A stretch of 64,000 nucleotides of DNA from Saccharofermentanales bacterium (lineage in GTDB: Bacteria; Bacillota; Clostridia; Saccharofermentanales; DTU023). Position 1 is the stretch's first letter; each line of letters starts with the position of its first letter. A program made the translations under genes and the position numbers. This document shows, one piece after another, positions 9,734-17,938 of this stretch. Under the pieces are notes generated by a model that saw only the letters and a list, made by a program, of their open reading frames with translations, was not told the origin of the DNA and did not search any database. The DNA is taken from contig JBMNTB010000001.1 of the NCBI GenBank assembly GCA_050945515.1, positions 87,504-151,503 of the forward strand. Direction: 5' to 3'.

Positions 9734-10729
9734 ATGAGCAGAATTGACTGTAATGACCAACAAGCTCTGGAACGCTATGATGCTTTTTTGCAACAGTCGC
9801 CTTGGGCTACTTTCTATCAGGACCGCGGTTGGGCCTGTGTAAAAAACAATTGGCAATCGGCCTATTTTATTTATGAGAGAGAAGATGCAGTTGTTGGCGC
9901 TGTATCTGCCTTAAGTATTAAAGCCGCCAATGGCCATCCCTTTATTTATTGCAGTAGAGGACCGGTGATTGATCCGGACGATATTGCTATCTGGCGGGAT
10001 ATGTTAGCTGAGCTTAGAGCCTATGCTCAGGAAATCAAGGCTTTTTATGTTCGTTTTGATCCGGAATTGGCAGCCGATCCTCATCTGGTACAGTTTTTTA
10101 CCGGCCTGGGTCTAGTCGTACGCTCTGAGAATTTGCCCCTGAAGACTTTCACCCAACCACGTTGCAATGCCGTTTTAGACTTAGAGGGGAAAAGTGCTGA
10201 AAAAATTCTGATGGGCTTTGATGCCAGAAAGCGTTACGATATCCGGGTTGGCTTGAAGCATAATATCAGTTATAGACAGGGCCGTGATGAGAATACTCTC
10301 ACCATTTTTTCACAGATGATAGACAGTATGTCTGAACGCAAGGGTATCGCTATGCGGGATAAAGCTTATTTTCAGCGTTTGCTAACGGCTTTCCCCACAT
10401 CCTGCATTACCCTTGCCAGCTATGAGGGAACGGACATCTGTGGTGCTTTAATGTTGCCTTATGGTCGTAAAATAACATTTCTCTATGCGGCATCATTAGA
10501 CATATATAGATCAATTCAGGCCCCCAATGCCTTGCTTTGGCATCTGATAGAACAGGCACTAGACCAAAAATATACTGCTTTCGATTTAGGCGGTGTATTT
10601 GGCTTGGATGGATCATGCCCGCTCTATGCCTACAAGAAAGGCTTCGTTAAACAGGAAGGAATAACTTGCTATATCGGTGAGCTGGATCTGGTATTGTCAG
10701 AAGAACTTTATGCAGACTTCATCTCATAA
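9734..10729 (+). CDS. FemAB-family peptidoglycan bridge-formation aminoacyl-tRNA transferase
   Basis: 331-aa ORF with RBS AGGAGAG. Typical FemAB N-terminus (..YDAFLQQSPWATFYQDRGWACVKNNW..) and a GNAT-like C-half (..ALMLPYGRKITFLYAASL..APNALLWHLIE..). Confidence 0.8.
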   Translation: MSRIDCNDQQALERYDAFLQQSPWATFYQDRGWACVKNNWQSAYFIYEREDAVVGAVSALSIKAANGHPFIYCSRGPVIDPDDIAIWRDMLAELRAYAQEIKAFYVRFDPELAADPHLVQFFTGLGLVVRSENLPLKTFTQPRCNAVLDLEGKSAEKILMGFDARKRYDIRVGLKHNISYRQGRDENTLTIFSQMIDSMSERKGIAMRDKAYFQRLLTAFPTSCITLASYEGTDICGALMLPYGRKITFLYAASLDIYRSIQAPNALLWHLIEQALDQKYTAFDLGGVFGLDGSCPLYAYKKGFVKQEGITCYIGELDLVLSEELYADFIS

Positions 10730-10742
10730 TCCTGTTTCTAAT

Positions 10743-10772
10743 TTGACAGAAAAGGGTCCGGGTTAGTATAAT
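10743..10772 (+). promoter_or_regulatory. Candidate sigma-A promoter of the rpmH operon
   Basis: TTGACA (10743-10748), 18-nt spacer, TATAAT (10767-10772), about 95 nt upstream of rpmH. Confidence 0.5.
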
Positions 10773-10867
10773 TGGCAGGCTGTTGACTGTAATTGTTGCC
10801 TGTATATAGTATGATCTGCAGGAACAGATATTAATAAATAGCCGGCACAGTGCGAAAGGAGGAGTAT

Positions 10868-11005
10868 ATGCCTAAAAGAACCTATCAGCCGAAGAAACGG
10901 CAGCGAAAAAGAGAACACGGTTTTCGCAAGAGAATGCTAAAAGCCTCAGGTCGCAAAATCCTGGCCAGAAGACGACTCAAGGGAAGAAAAAGACTCTCAC
11001 ACTAA
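10868..11005 (+). CDS. rpmH: 50S ribosomal protein L34
   Basis: Below the ORF-track size cutoff. My translation is [45 protein letters not shown], with RBS AAGGAGGAG 6 nt upstream and rnpA following. Confidence 0.95.
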   Translation: MPKRTYQPKKRQRKREHGFRKRMLKASGRKILARRRLKGRKRLSH

Positions 11006-11032
11006 GACCGCAGACTATGTGGTCTTTTTTTT
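11005..11032 (+). terminator. Intrinsic terminator/attenuator between rpmH and rnpA
   Basis: AGACCGCA-GACTA-TGTGGTCT stem (8 bp including one G-U pair) followed by a T-tract of 8, which abuts the rnpA ATG. Confidence 0.6.
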
Positions 11033-11033
11033 C

Positions 11034-11399
11034 ATGACAGATAATAAACCGTATCCGACCATAAAAGCTAATCGCGACTTCTCGCTGACTTACCGCAAGG
11101 GAAAAATAGTGCGCAGTGAGAGTCTGATTTTGCATTTCAGGCAGCGAAAAGACCCGGGACCACCGCGTGTCGGATATACTGTAAGCCGCAAAGTAAAATC
11201 CGCTGTTAAGCGCAATCGGCTGAAGCGACTACTGCGTGAAGCCATGCGGCTGACGGAACTTCAGATTCGGCCGGGGCTGGATCTGATACTGGTCGCCAAA
11301 TTAAAGCCGGTGGCTCCTGATTTTCATAGCCTATGTCAGGAACTTAATGATATGATAGTCAGAGCCGGACTGGCGGTGAAAGAAGAAGAAAGTGACTGA
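11034..11399 (+). CDS. rnpA: Ribonuclease P protein component
   Basis: ORF 11019..11399; the ATG at 11034 is more likely than the GTG at 11019. Basic protein (..FRQRKDPGPPRVGYTVSRKVKSAVKRNRLKRLLRE..) in the conserved position after rpmH. Start is uncertain because no SD is visible. Confidence 0.9.
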   Translation: MTDNKPYPTIKANRDFSLTYRKGKIVRSESLILHFRQRKDPGPPRVGYTVSRKVKSAVKRNRLKRLLREAMRLTELQIRPGLDLILVAKLKPVAPDFHSLCQELNDMIVRAGLAVKEEESD

Positions 11400-11679
11400 T
11401 AAGTGCTGCCATCACAAATTTACAATAGACGGGAACCGAAATAGCACCCGGATTCGCCTCAGCTCCTGGGTCAGTAAAAAACTGATCGGACTGATCCGCA
11501 TTTACCAGAGGGGGCGTTCGGAGGCAGCACGAGGGCACTGTCGATTTACACCTACCTGTTCGCAGTATGCGATAGATGCCATTTCTCGCTATGGTGTACT
11601 GCGGGGCGGGCTGAAAGCGGTCGGACGTATCCTCCGTTGCAATCCGCTGAGCAAGGGCGGATACGATCCTGTCCGCTGA
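11392..11679 (+). CDS. yidD: Membrane protein insertion efficiency factor YidD
   Basis: 95-aa ORF with GTG start overlapping the rnpA stop. Signature LIRIYQ...CRFTPTCSQYAIDAI..G...G..L...RILRCNP. Confidence 0.85.
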   Translation: MTDKCCHHKFTIDGNRNSTRIRLSSWVSKKLIGLIRIYQRGRSEAARGHCRFTPTCSQYAIDAISRYGVLRGGLKAVGRILRCNPLSKGGYDPVR

Positions 11680-11716
11680 TACGGAACAATATTATTAAGA
11701 TCGGGGTTATTAGGGT

Positions 11717-12766
11717 ATGCTTAGTCCTCTATACAAATTATTCGGCTTTATTCTGAGCTGGCTTTACTATGTAATTGGCAATTACGGCCTGGTGATTATT
11801 TTCTTCACGCTGGCTCTCAATGCGTTGTTGATTCCTATGCGCTTGAAGGCGCAGCGCAGTACGATCAGACAGCAATTTTTGCAGCCTGCCATGAACGATA
11901 TCCGGCGGCATTATGCCAAAGATCCGCAGAAGCAGCAACAGGTGTTGACCCAATTTATGAAGGACAATGGAGTTTCGATGGGCAGCGGCTGTCTCACCTC
12001 TTTGATTCCCCTGATCATCATCTGGCCGATCTGGCGCATTATCCGCGCACCCTTGCAATATGTCGGGCAGGTCTCAGTAGAAAATATCACCAAGATTGCA
12101 GAATTTCTGGCTGGAAAGGGTCTGATGAGTGAAGCGGCAGTCAAAGCTGCGACGCAAAACGATCTGCCGATTATTAATATTCTGACCAATAATGCCAGCG
12201 CACTGGCCGAATCGGTCAATCAGGGCTGGCTGCGACCGGATCAATTGGTTAACACCAGCTTTCTGGGCATGGACCTGGGCCGCGTGCCCTCCTATAATCC
12301 GGCGGACTGGTTTGGTCCTAACTGGAGAATTGAACTGCCCCTACTGATTCTGCCGCTTCTGACTATTATAACCATGATCTTGAATATGCGCTTTGCGCGC
12401 CTGAATGTTCTGCGCCCGGCCCCTTCGAAAGCAGAGATTGAACGCGCTAAAAATAATCCGGCTAAAGCCGGCCAGGCAACGGTGGATCCCTCTGAAAAAA
12501 CCATGAAATATATGCAGTGGTTTATGCCGATCCTGATGATATTCACCGTCTTTACGATGCCCTCAGCCATGGGACTGTACTGGGTGATGTCCAATGTAAT
12601 CTTCATTTTGCAGTCTGTGATTAGTTATCAGATGTATATTAAGCCGGCCAGAGTTCTGCTGGCGAGAGGCGCGGAAGCAGATGATCCTGCCCCGCAATCT
12701 GCTGCCAAGGAAGATAAAGAGACCGGCAAGGGGTCAAAGAGCAAAAAACGCGGGAAAGACCGTTAG
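11717..12766 (+). CDS. yidC: Membrane protein insertase YidC/SpoIIIJ family
   Basis: 349-aa ORF with multiple TM helices and a basic C-terminal tail (KGSKSKKRGKDR). YidC-like core (..MPILMIFTVFTMPSAMGLYWVMSN..). Synteny with rnpA and jag. Confidence 0.9.
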   Translation: MLSPLYKLFGFILSWLYYVIGNYGLVIIFFTLALNALLIPMRLKAQRSTIRQQFLQPAMNDIRRHYAKDPQKQQQVLTQFMKDNGVSMGSGCLTSLIPLIIIWPIWRIIRAPLQYVGQVSVENITKIAEFLAGKGLMSEAAVKAATQNDLPIINILTNNASALAESVNQGWLRPDQLVNTSFLGMDLGRVPSYNPADWFGPNWRIELPLLILPLLTIITMILNMRFARLNVLRPAPSKAEIERAKNNPAKAGQATVDPSEKTMKYMQWFMPILMIFTVFTMPSAMGLYWVMSNVIFILQSVISYQMYIKPARVLLARGAEADDPAPQSAAKEDKETGKGSKSKKRGKDR

Positions 12767-12798
12767 AACGAAACCTTTTCCGCTTGGGAGGACCATAG

Positions 12799-13605
12799 AT
12801 GGGTAGTTTTATTGAAAAAACCGGCAAGACGGTTGATCTTGCCATTTCCGAAGCCCTGTCCGAATTAAATCTAAATGCAGATGAAGTTGTGATTGAAGTT
12901 TTGGATGAAGGTGAGAGCGGAGGCCTTCTAGGTTTTGGCAGAAAGCCTGCGCGTATCAGAATTTATTTCGATGAGGAGGCAGGGCAAGATACAGAAACAA
13001 CAGCTGAAGCGGAAAATTTTGTCGCAGAGGAAATAATTTCTCACGAAGCCGAGTTTGAAAGAGAGCAGGGAAGCGAGTCCGAAAGTACTGACCTGGAAAT
13101 AGCAGAAAATGCAGCACTGGACTATCTGCAAGAAGTTATGGGCGGCATGGGCATGCATGGCCGTATCTCGTCCTGGCTGGATGAGGGCAGTAGCTTGCAT
13201 ATTGAAGTTGAAGGTGAGGATCTCGGTCCCGCTATCGGCCGCAGAGGAGAAACTCTGGATGCCATCCAATATCTGACCAATCTGGCCGCTAATGCTCATA
13301 CTGACGAACATGTGCGTATTATCGTGGATATAGCAGGCTATCGCCAGCGTCAAAACAAGAAATTGCATGAACTCGCTCTTCGTTCGGCAGAACGTGTACT
13401 GAATGAGAACCGGAAACTTAGGCTCAAGCCAATGACACCGGCGGAAAGGCGTGAAATTCATCTTACGCTGGCAGATTATCCGGGTATCACGACCTGGAGC
13501 GAGGGTTATGAGCCGATACGCTGTATCGTCATAGGACCTGAAGCGGACGAGGAGTCTAAGACTAAGAAAGAAGATTATTGGGATGATAACGAAGGCGATA
13601 ACTGA
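12799..13605 (+). CDS. jag: Jag/KhpB RNA-binding protein (Jag_N, KH, R3H domains)
   Basis: 268-aa ORF. KH-like GPAIGRRGETLDAIQYL and an R3H-like C-terminus (..MTPAERREIHLTL..). Conserved position between yidC and mnmE. Confidence 0.85.
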   Translation: MGSFIEKTGKTVDLAISEALSELNLNADEVVIEVLDEGESGGLLGFGRKPARIRIYFDEEAGQDTETTAEAENFVAEEIISHEAEFEREQGSESESTDLEIAENAALDYLQEVMGGMGMHGRISSWLDEGSSLHIEVEGEDLGPAIGRRGETLDAIQYLTNLAANAHTDEHVRIIVDIAGYRQRQNKKLHELALRSAERVLNENRKLRLKPMTPAERREIHLTLADYPGITTWSEGYEPIRCIVIGPEADEESKTKKEDYWDDNEGDN

Positions 13606-14986
13606 TACCATCGCAGCAGTTTCAACACCGCCGGGAGCAAGTGGCCTGGCGGTTCTGCGTTTATCGGGCCCACAAGCGGCAGAATGCTGCGATCAATTGT
13701 TTCAACCTTATGCAATAACCCCTGTGCAGCCTTCAGAAATGGCCGGCTATACTACGGCAGTGGGCACATGGGCAGGGTTGGATGAAGTTGTGCTTAGCTG
13801 TTTTAAGGCACCCCATTCTTTTACCGGGGAAGATGTATTTGAGATTTCCTGCCACGGAGGAACGGCTGTTAAGCAAGCGATTTTGGACAGTTTGATCTCT
13901 GTCGGCGCTCGTCTGGCTGAACCGGGCGAATTTAGCAAACGTGCCTTTATCAATGGCAAAATGGATCTGTCCCAGGCTGAGGCCGTGATGGATTTGATCG
14001 GTGCTGAGGCATCCCGCCAGGTACAGGCAGCTTTCAAGCAACTGAAAGGGCAACTATCCGGCAAAATCAGAGCCAGAGCCGATGCGCTCTATGAACTGAT
14101 GGCCAGAATCGAGGTCATCCTGGAATTTCCTGAGCTGGAAGAGACGCCCCCTGCGCTGCAGCAATTGGCAGACGACACGGCATTGGAGGGTGACAGGATT
14201 CGGCAACTGGCTGTGGGCTATGGCCGAGGCAAGGTGGTCCGCGAGGGCCTCAGAGTTGCGATCGCAGGCCGGCCGAATGCCGGCAAGTCGACCTTGCTCA
14301 ATAATCTGGTGGGAGAAGATAAGGCTATTGTAACCTCGATTCCCGGCACTACTCGTGATCTGGTAGAGGCACATCTTATAGTTGACGGCTACTTGGTGCT
14401 TTTGACAGATACAGCCGGCCTGACTCTGGATACGGCGGATCCGGTCGAGCAGGAAGGTGTGCGCCGAGCCCGCCGGGCCCATGCGGAGGCCGATCTTCTG
14501 TTTTGGCTGATTTCACCTCCCTTGCCGGCCACCGCGGAACTGGAGCAGGAGATGGCTGAGATTAGAGAAATTATGGCAGCGGGCAAAGATCTGGTATTGG
14601 TCCTTGGCAAGGACGACCAGGGTGAATCGGCGGCGATCCAAGCTCTGATTGAAAAATATTTAACCACAGTGGATATTGTCAGATTTTCCAAGCAAGCAGA
14701 CGACGATACTAAACGGATTAAAGATAAAATCAGTGATCATCTGCGGCAACTGGAACGACAATATGATCAAGATACCTTAATTACTCATGAGAGACATCGC
14801 AAACTGCTGGAGGATGCGGCCGCAGAATTGGCACAGGCGGCAGCGGAGATCAAATCCGGTCTTACCTTAGACCTGGTAGCTACCAGGTTACGTCAGGCTG
14901 CGGAACTGCTGGCAGAGATGACCGGAGACAGCGTCGATGCCGGACTGGTTGACACCATCTTCTCACGTTTTTGTGTAGGTAAATAA
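13583..14986 (+). CDS. mnmE: tRNA modification GTPase MnmE
   Basis: 467-aa [15 protein letters not shown]-terminus, G1 [13 protein letters not shown]3 DTAG, C-terminal CVGK tetrapeptide. Confidence 0.95.
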   Translation: MITKAITDTIAAVSTPPGASGLAVLRLSGPQAAECCDQLFQPYAITPVQPSEMAGYTTAVGTWAGLDEVVLSCFKAPHSFTGEDVFEISCHGGTAVKQAILDSLISVGARLAEPGEFSKRAFINGKMDLSQAEAVMDLIGAEASRQVQAAFKQLKGQLSGKIRARADALYELMARIEVILEFPELEETPPALQQLADDTALEGDRIRQLAVGYGRGKVVREGLRVAIAGRPNAGKSTLLNNLVGEDKAIVTSIPGTTRDLVEAHLIVDGYLVLLTDTAGLTLDTADPVEQEGVRRARRAHAEADLLFWLISPPLPATAELEQEMAEIREIMAAGKDLVLVLGKDDQGESAAIQALIEKYLTTVDIVRFSKQADDDTKRIKDKISDHLRQLERQYDQDTLITHERHRKLLEDAAAELAQAAAEIKSGLTLDLVATRLRQAAELLAEMTGDSVDAGLVDTIFSRFCVGK

Positions 14987-14991
14987 TTGAG

Positions 14992-16944
14992 ATGGCATCA
15001 TTGGCATCAGCATTAAAAAAAGACGGTGCCTGGTGCGCCGGCAGCTGTGATCTGGCTGTGGTCGGCGCAGGTCATGCCGGCTGTGAAGCAGCTCTGGCGG
15101 CCGCCAGATTGGGTTACAAAGTCAAGCTGTTCACAATGACCTTAGACAGTCTGGCCAATCTGCCCTGCAATCCCAGTTTAGGCGGCACGGCCAAAGGACA
15201 GCTGATCAGAGAGATTGACGCTCTGGGCGGTGAAATGGGCAGGATAACGGATCAGGAGATGATCCAGTTCCGGATGCTCAATTCCTCGCGCGGACCGGCC
15301 GTGATGTCACCCCGCACTCAGATTGACCGTGTCGGTTATCAAAGAAGGATGAAGCATGTCTTGGAGCTGGAAAAGAATATTGATCTGCTGCAACAGGAAG
15401 TTACGGATCTGATCTGGGCAGAGGGTGATCGCCCCCGAATCACTGCTGTGCAGACTCGAACCGGCGCTATCTATGACTGCCGAATCTGCATACTGGCAAC
15501 GGGAACTTTCCTCGACAGCAAGGTCATCGTGGGTGATGCGATTTATTCCTCCGGCCCGGACTCCTTATTCCCGGCGATTGGTCTGTCAGATGCACTGGCG
15601 GAACTGGGACATACGATCCAGAGATTTAAAACCGGAACTCCCGCCCGCCTGCACCGTCGTTCCCTGAAGCTGGAAGTCTGCGAGATCCAGCCCTCGGATC
15701 CGGTGGCCCGTCCTTTCTCGCATGACAATGAGGACGATCCGAACTGGCGTCCCAAAGACGAACTCCCCTGTTATCTAACCTGGACTACCGCTGACACCAG
15801 GGAAATAATCCTTAATAATATCGAGCGTTCACCGCTTTATTCGGGCAAAGTTGAGGGCGTCGGCCCTCGCTATTGTCCCTCGATCGAAGATAAATATGTT
15901 AAATTCCCCGAGCATGAGAGACATCATGTCTTTTTGGAGCCGACCGGATTGGATACGGAGGAAATGTACGCCTCCGGTCTTTCCTCCAGCATGCCGGAGG
16001 ATGTACAGCACGCCATGTTGAAAACCATCCCCGGCATGGAAGATGCCTATATGATGAGAGTGGCCTATGCCATCGATTATGACTGCATTGATCCGACAGA
16101 ACTAAAATTATCCCTGGAATCACGCTTTGTCGATAATCTGTTCCTGGCCGGCCAGATCAACGGTTCCTCCGGCTATGAGGAGGCAGCCGGTCAAGGACTG
16201 GTTGCCGGCATCAATGCTACGCGCAAGCTGGAAGGCAAGGAGCCGGTCATTATTGATCGTTCCCAGGGTTACATCGGTGTTTTGATTGATGATCTCGTCA
16301 CTCGCGGTACCTCAGAGCCCTACCGTATGATGACCTCGCGCGCCGAATACCGTCTGGTTCTGCGCCAGGATAATGCCGATCAGCGTCTGACGCCGCTGGG
16401 CTATGAAATTGGTCTAATCAGTGAGGCGCGTTGGCAGAAATTTCAGCGTAAGCAGGCGCAGATCAGAGATGAAGCCGAACGCCTTAGTCAGGTTATTTTA
16501 CAGCCAGGTCCCCGGACAGACCAGTTTTTGCTTGAACACGGCAGCACCCCTCTGCGTGAAGCTACCTCTCTGGCCCGTCTTCTGAAGCGTCCCGAACTCA
16601 GCTATCAGGATCTGGCAGCATTGGATCCGGAGCGACCGGACATTCCAGCCTATATTACCGCCACGATGGAAATTGATATCAAATACGAAGGCTATATCAA
16701 GATGGAACAAAACCGCATTGATCGCTTCCGCAAAGTTGAAATGAAGTCTCTGCCGCAAAATTTCGATTACGGTACTATCAGCGGTCTGCGCTTGGAAGCA
16801 GCTCAAAAACTCACTTCGCGCCAACCGTCATCCGTCGGTCAGGCCAGCAGAATCTCCGGTGTTTCACCTGCTGATGTCCAGGTTCTGCTCGTCTGGCTAG
16901 AAGCGGAAAAGCGCCGGGCTGTGGCTGAGCAGGCCCAAGCTTAG
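14992..16944 (+). CDS. mnmG: tRNA uridine 5-carboxymethylaminomethyl modification enzyme MnmG (GidA)
   Basis: 650-aa ORF. FAD motif [12 protein letters not shown], plus [11 protein letters not shown] and [20 protein letters not shown]. Confidence 0.97.
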   Translation: MASLASALKKDGAWCAGSCDLAVVGAGHAGCEAALAAARLGYKVKLFTMTLDSLANLPCNPSLGGTAKGQLIREIDALGGEMGRITDQEMIQFRMLNSSRGPAVMSPRTQIDRVGYQRRMKHVLELEKNIDLLQQEVTDLIWAEGDRPRITAVQTRTGAIYDCRICILATGTFLDSKVIVGDAIYSSGPDSLFPAIGLSDALAELGHTIQRFKTGTPARLHRRSLKLEVCEIQPSDPVARPFSHDNEDDPNWRPKDELPCYLTWTTADTREIILNNIERSPLYSGKVEGVGPRYCPSIEDKYVKFPEHERHHVFLEPTGLDTEEMYASGLSSSMPEDVQHAMLKTIPGMEDAYMMRVAYAIDYDCIDPTELKLSLESRFVDNLFLAGQINGSSGYEEAAGQGLVAGINATRKLEGKEPVIIDRSQGYIGVLIDDLVTRGTSEPYRMMTSRAEYRLVLRQDNADQRLTPLGYEIGLISEARWQKFQRKQAQIRDEAERLSQVILQPGPRTDQFLLEHGSTPLREATSLARLLKRPELSYQDLAALDPERPDIPAYITATMEIDIKYEGYIKMEQNRIDRFRKVEMKSLPQNFDYGTISGLRLEAAQKLTSRQPSSVGQASRISGVSPADVQVLLVWLEAEKRRAVAEQAQA

Positions 16945-16952
16945 GACTAACC

Positions 16953-17798
16953 GTGAGCGCCTTCGATTCAGCAGCATATGAATATTGGCTTGACGAAGCC
17001 GCCCGCAGGGCGGGACTTGTGCTCTCGTCTGCTCAAACCGGGCATTTACTGTGCTTTATCGAGATGCTGCTAGCTAAAAATAAAGTGATGGACCTGACCA
17101 ATATCACGGAACCGGAAGAGCTCGCGCTTAAACATCTGCTCGACAGCTGGCTCTTGCTGCCCGTGATTGATTGCCTGCTGCCACAGCGCAAACAAAGGCA
17201 GACATCAATCTCTCAGAAAGATACTTGCGCCGCAGCGCAAAACGAGCACCAGGACGATCAGACACAAACGCAGACACAGACACAGGAATCCGCTCCTATA
17301 ACTCTGGTCGATGTCGGCTCCGGCGCCGGCTTCCCAGGCCTGCCGCTGAAGCTGGTACGCCCGGAGCTGCAGGTGCTACTGCTGGATGCCCAGCGCAAAC
17401 GTGTCGCTTTCCTCTGCGAATGCCTGGAGAAGCTTGAGCTCACCGGTATAGAAGCCAGGCAGCTACGGGCAGAAGAGGCAGGCAGACTGCCGGAACTGCG
17501 AGATAGCTTTGATCTGGTGACAGCGCGAGCGGTAGCAGCCTTACCGCAGCTAGCCGAGCTATGCCTGCCCCTGGCAGCACCGGGCGGATATTTTCTGGCC
17601 ATGAAAGGGCGCAACGCTGAAGCAGATCAGGCCCGACCGGCAGTGACCAAATTGTCCGGCCGCATCTGCGAAGTAAAGTCGTATCTATTGCCGGGCACAG
17701 ATATGCAGCGCAGCCTGATTATCATTGAAAAAATTGCTCCCACTGCCAAAGTCTATCCCCGCAGTTTCGCCCGTATCAAAAACAATCCTCTGCATTGA
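16953..17798 (+). CDS. rsmG: 16S rRNA (guanine527-N7)-methyltransferase RsmG, with a low-complexity insertion of about 40 aa
   Basis: 281-aa ORF with GTG start. SAM motif VDVGSGAGFPGLPLK, and DLVTARAVA. An extra segment (PQRKQRQTSISQKDTCAAAQNEHQDDQTQTQTQTQES) precedes the SAM motif. Confidence 0.9.
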   Translation: MSAFDSAAYEYWLDEAARRAGLVLSSAQTGHLLCFIEMLLAKNKVMDLTNITEPEELALKHLLDSWLLLPVIDCLLPQRKQRQTSISQKDTCAAAQNEHQDDQTQTQTQTQESAPITLVDVGSGAGFPGLPLKLVRPELQVLLLDAQRKRVAFLCECLEKLELTGIEARQLRAEEAGRLPELRDSFDLVTARAVAALPQLAELCLPLAAPGGYFLAMKGRNAEADQARPAVTKLSGRICEVKSYLLPGTDMQRSLIIIEKIAPTAKVYPRSFARIKNNPLH

Positions 17799-17938
17799 AA
17801 ATTTGGATCGGAAACCGGGCTAAATGCGAGGGATAATCTGTGAATTATCTGCTGTTTGCAATGCTTTTCACGGCCTTTTGCAGCCGCTCCCTATGTTATA
17901 ATTAATAAGATGCAGATCTTTCTCTGAGGAGGGAATTT

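Noticed and set aside
10730-10867. oriC / DnaA-box cluster next to rpmH (and 17799..17938 upstream of gyrA)
   Set aside because: No TTATCCACA-like 9-mers, even allowing one mismatch, and no AT-rich unwinding element. The regions look like ordinary promoters.
12928-13611. 227-aa ORF antisense to jag/mnmE
   Set aside because: It lies entirely opposite well-supported conserved genes. The composition is odd and Cys/Phe/Ile-rich, with no RBS and no recognisable motif. This is a typical shadow ORF.
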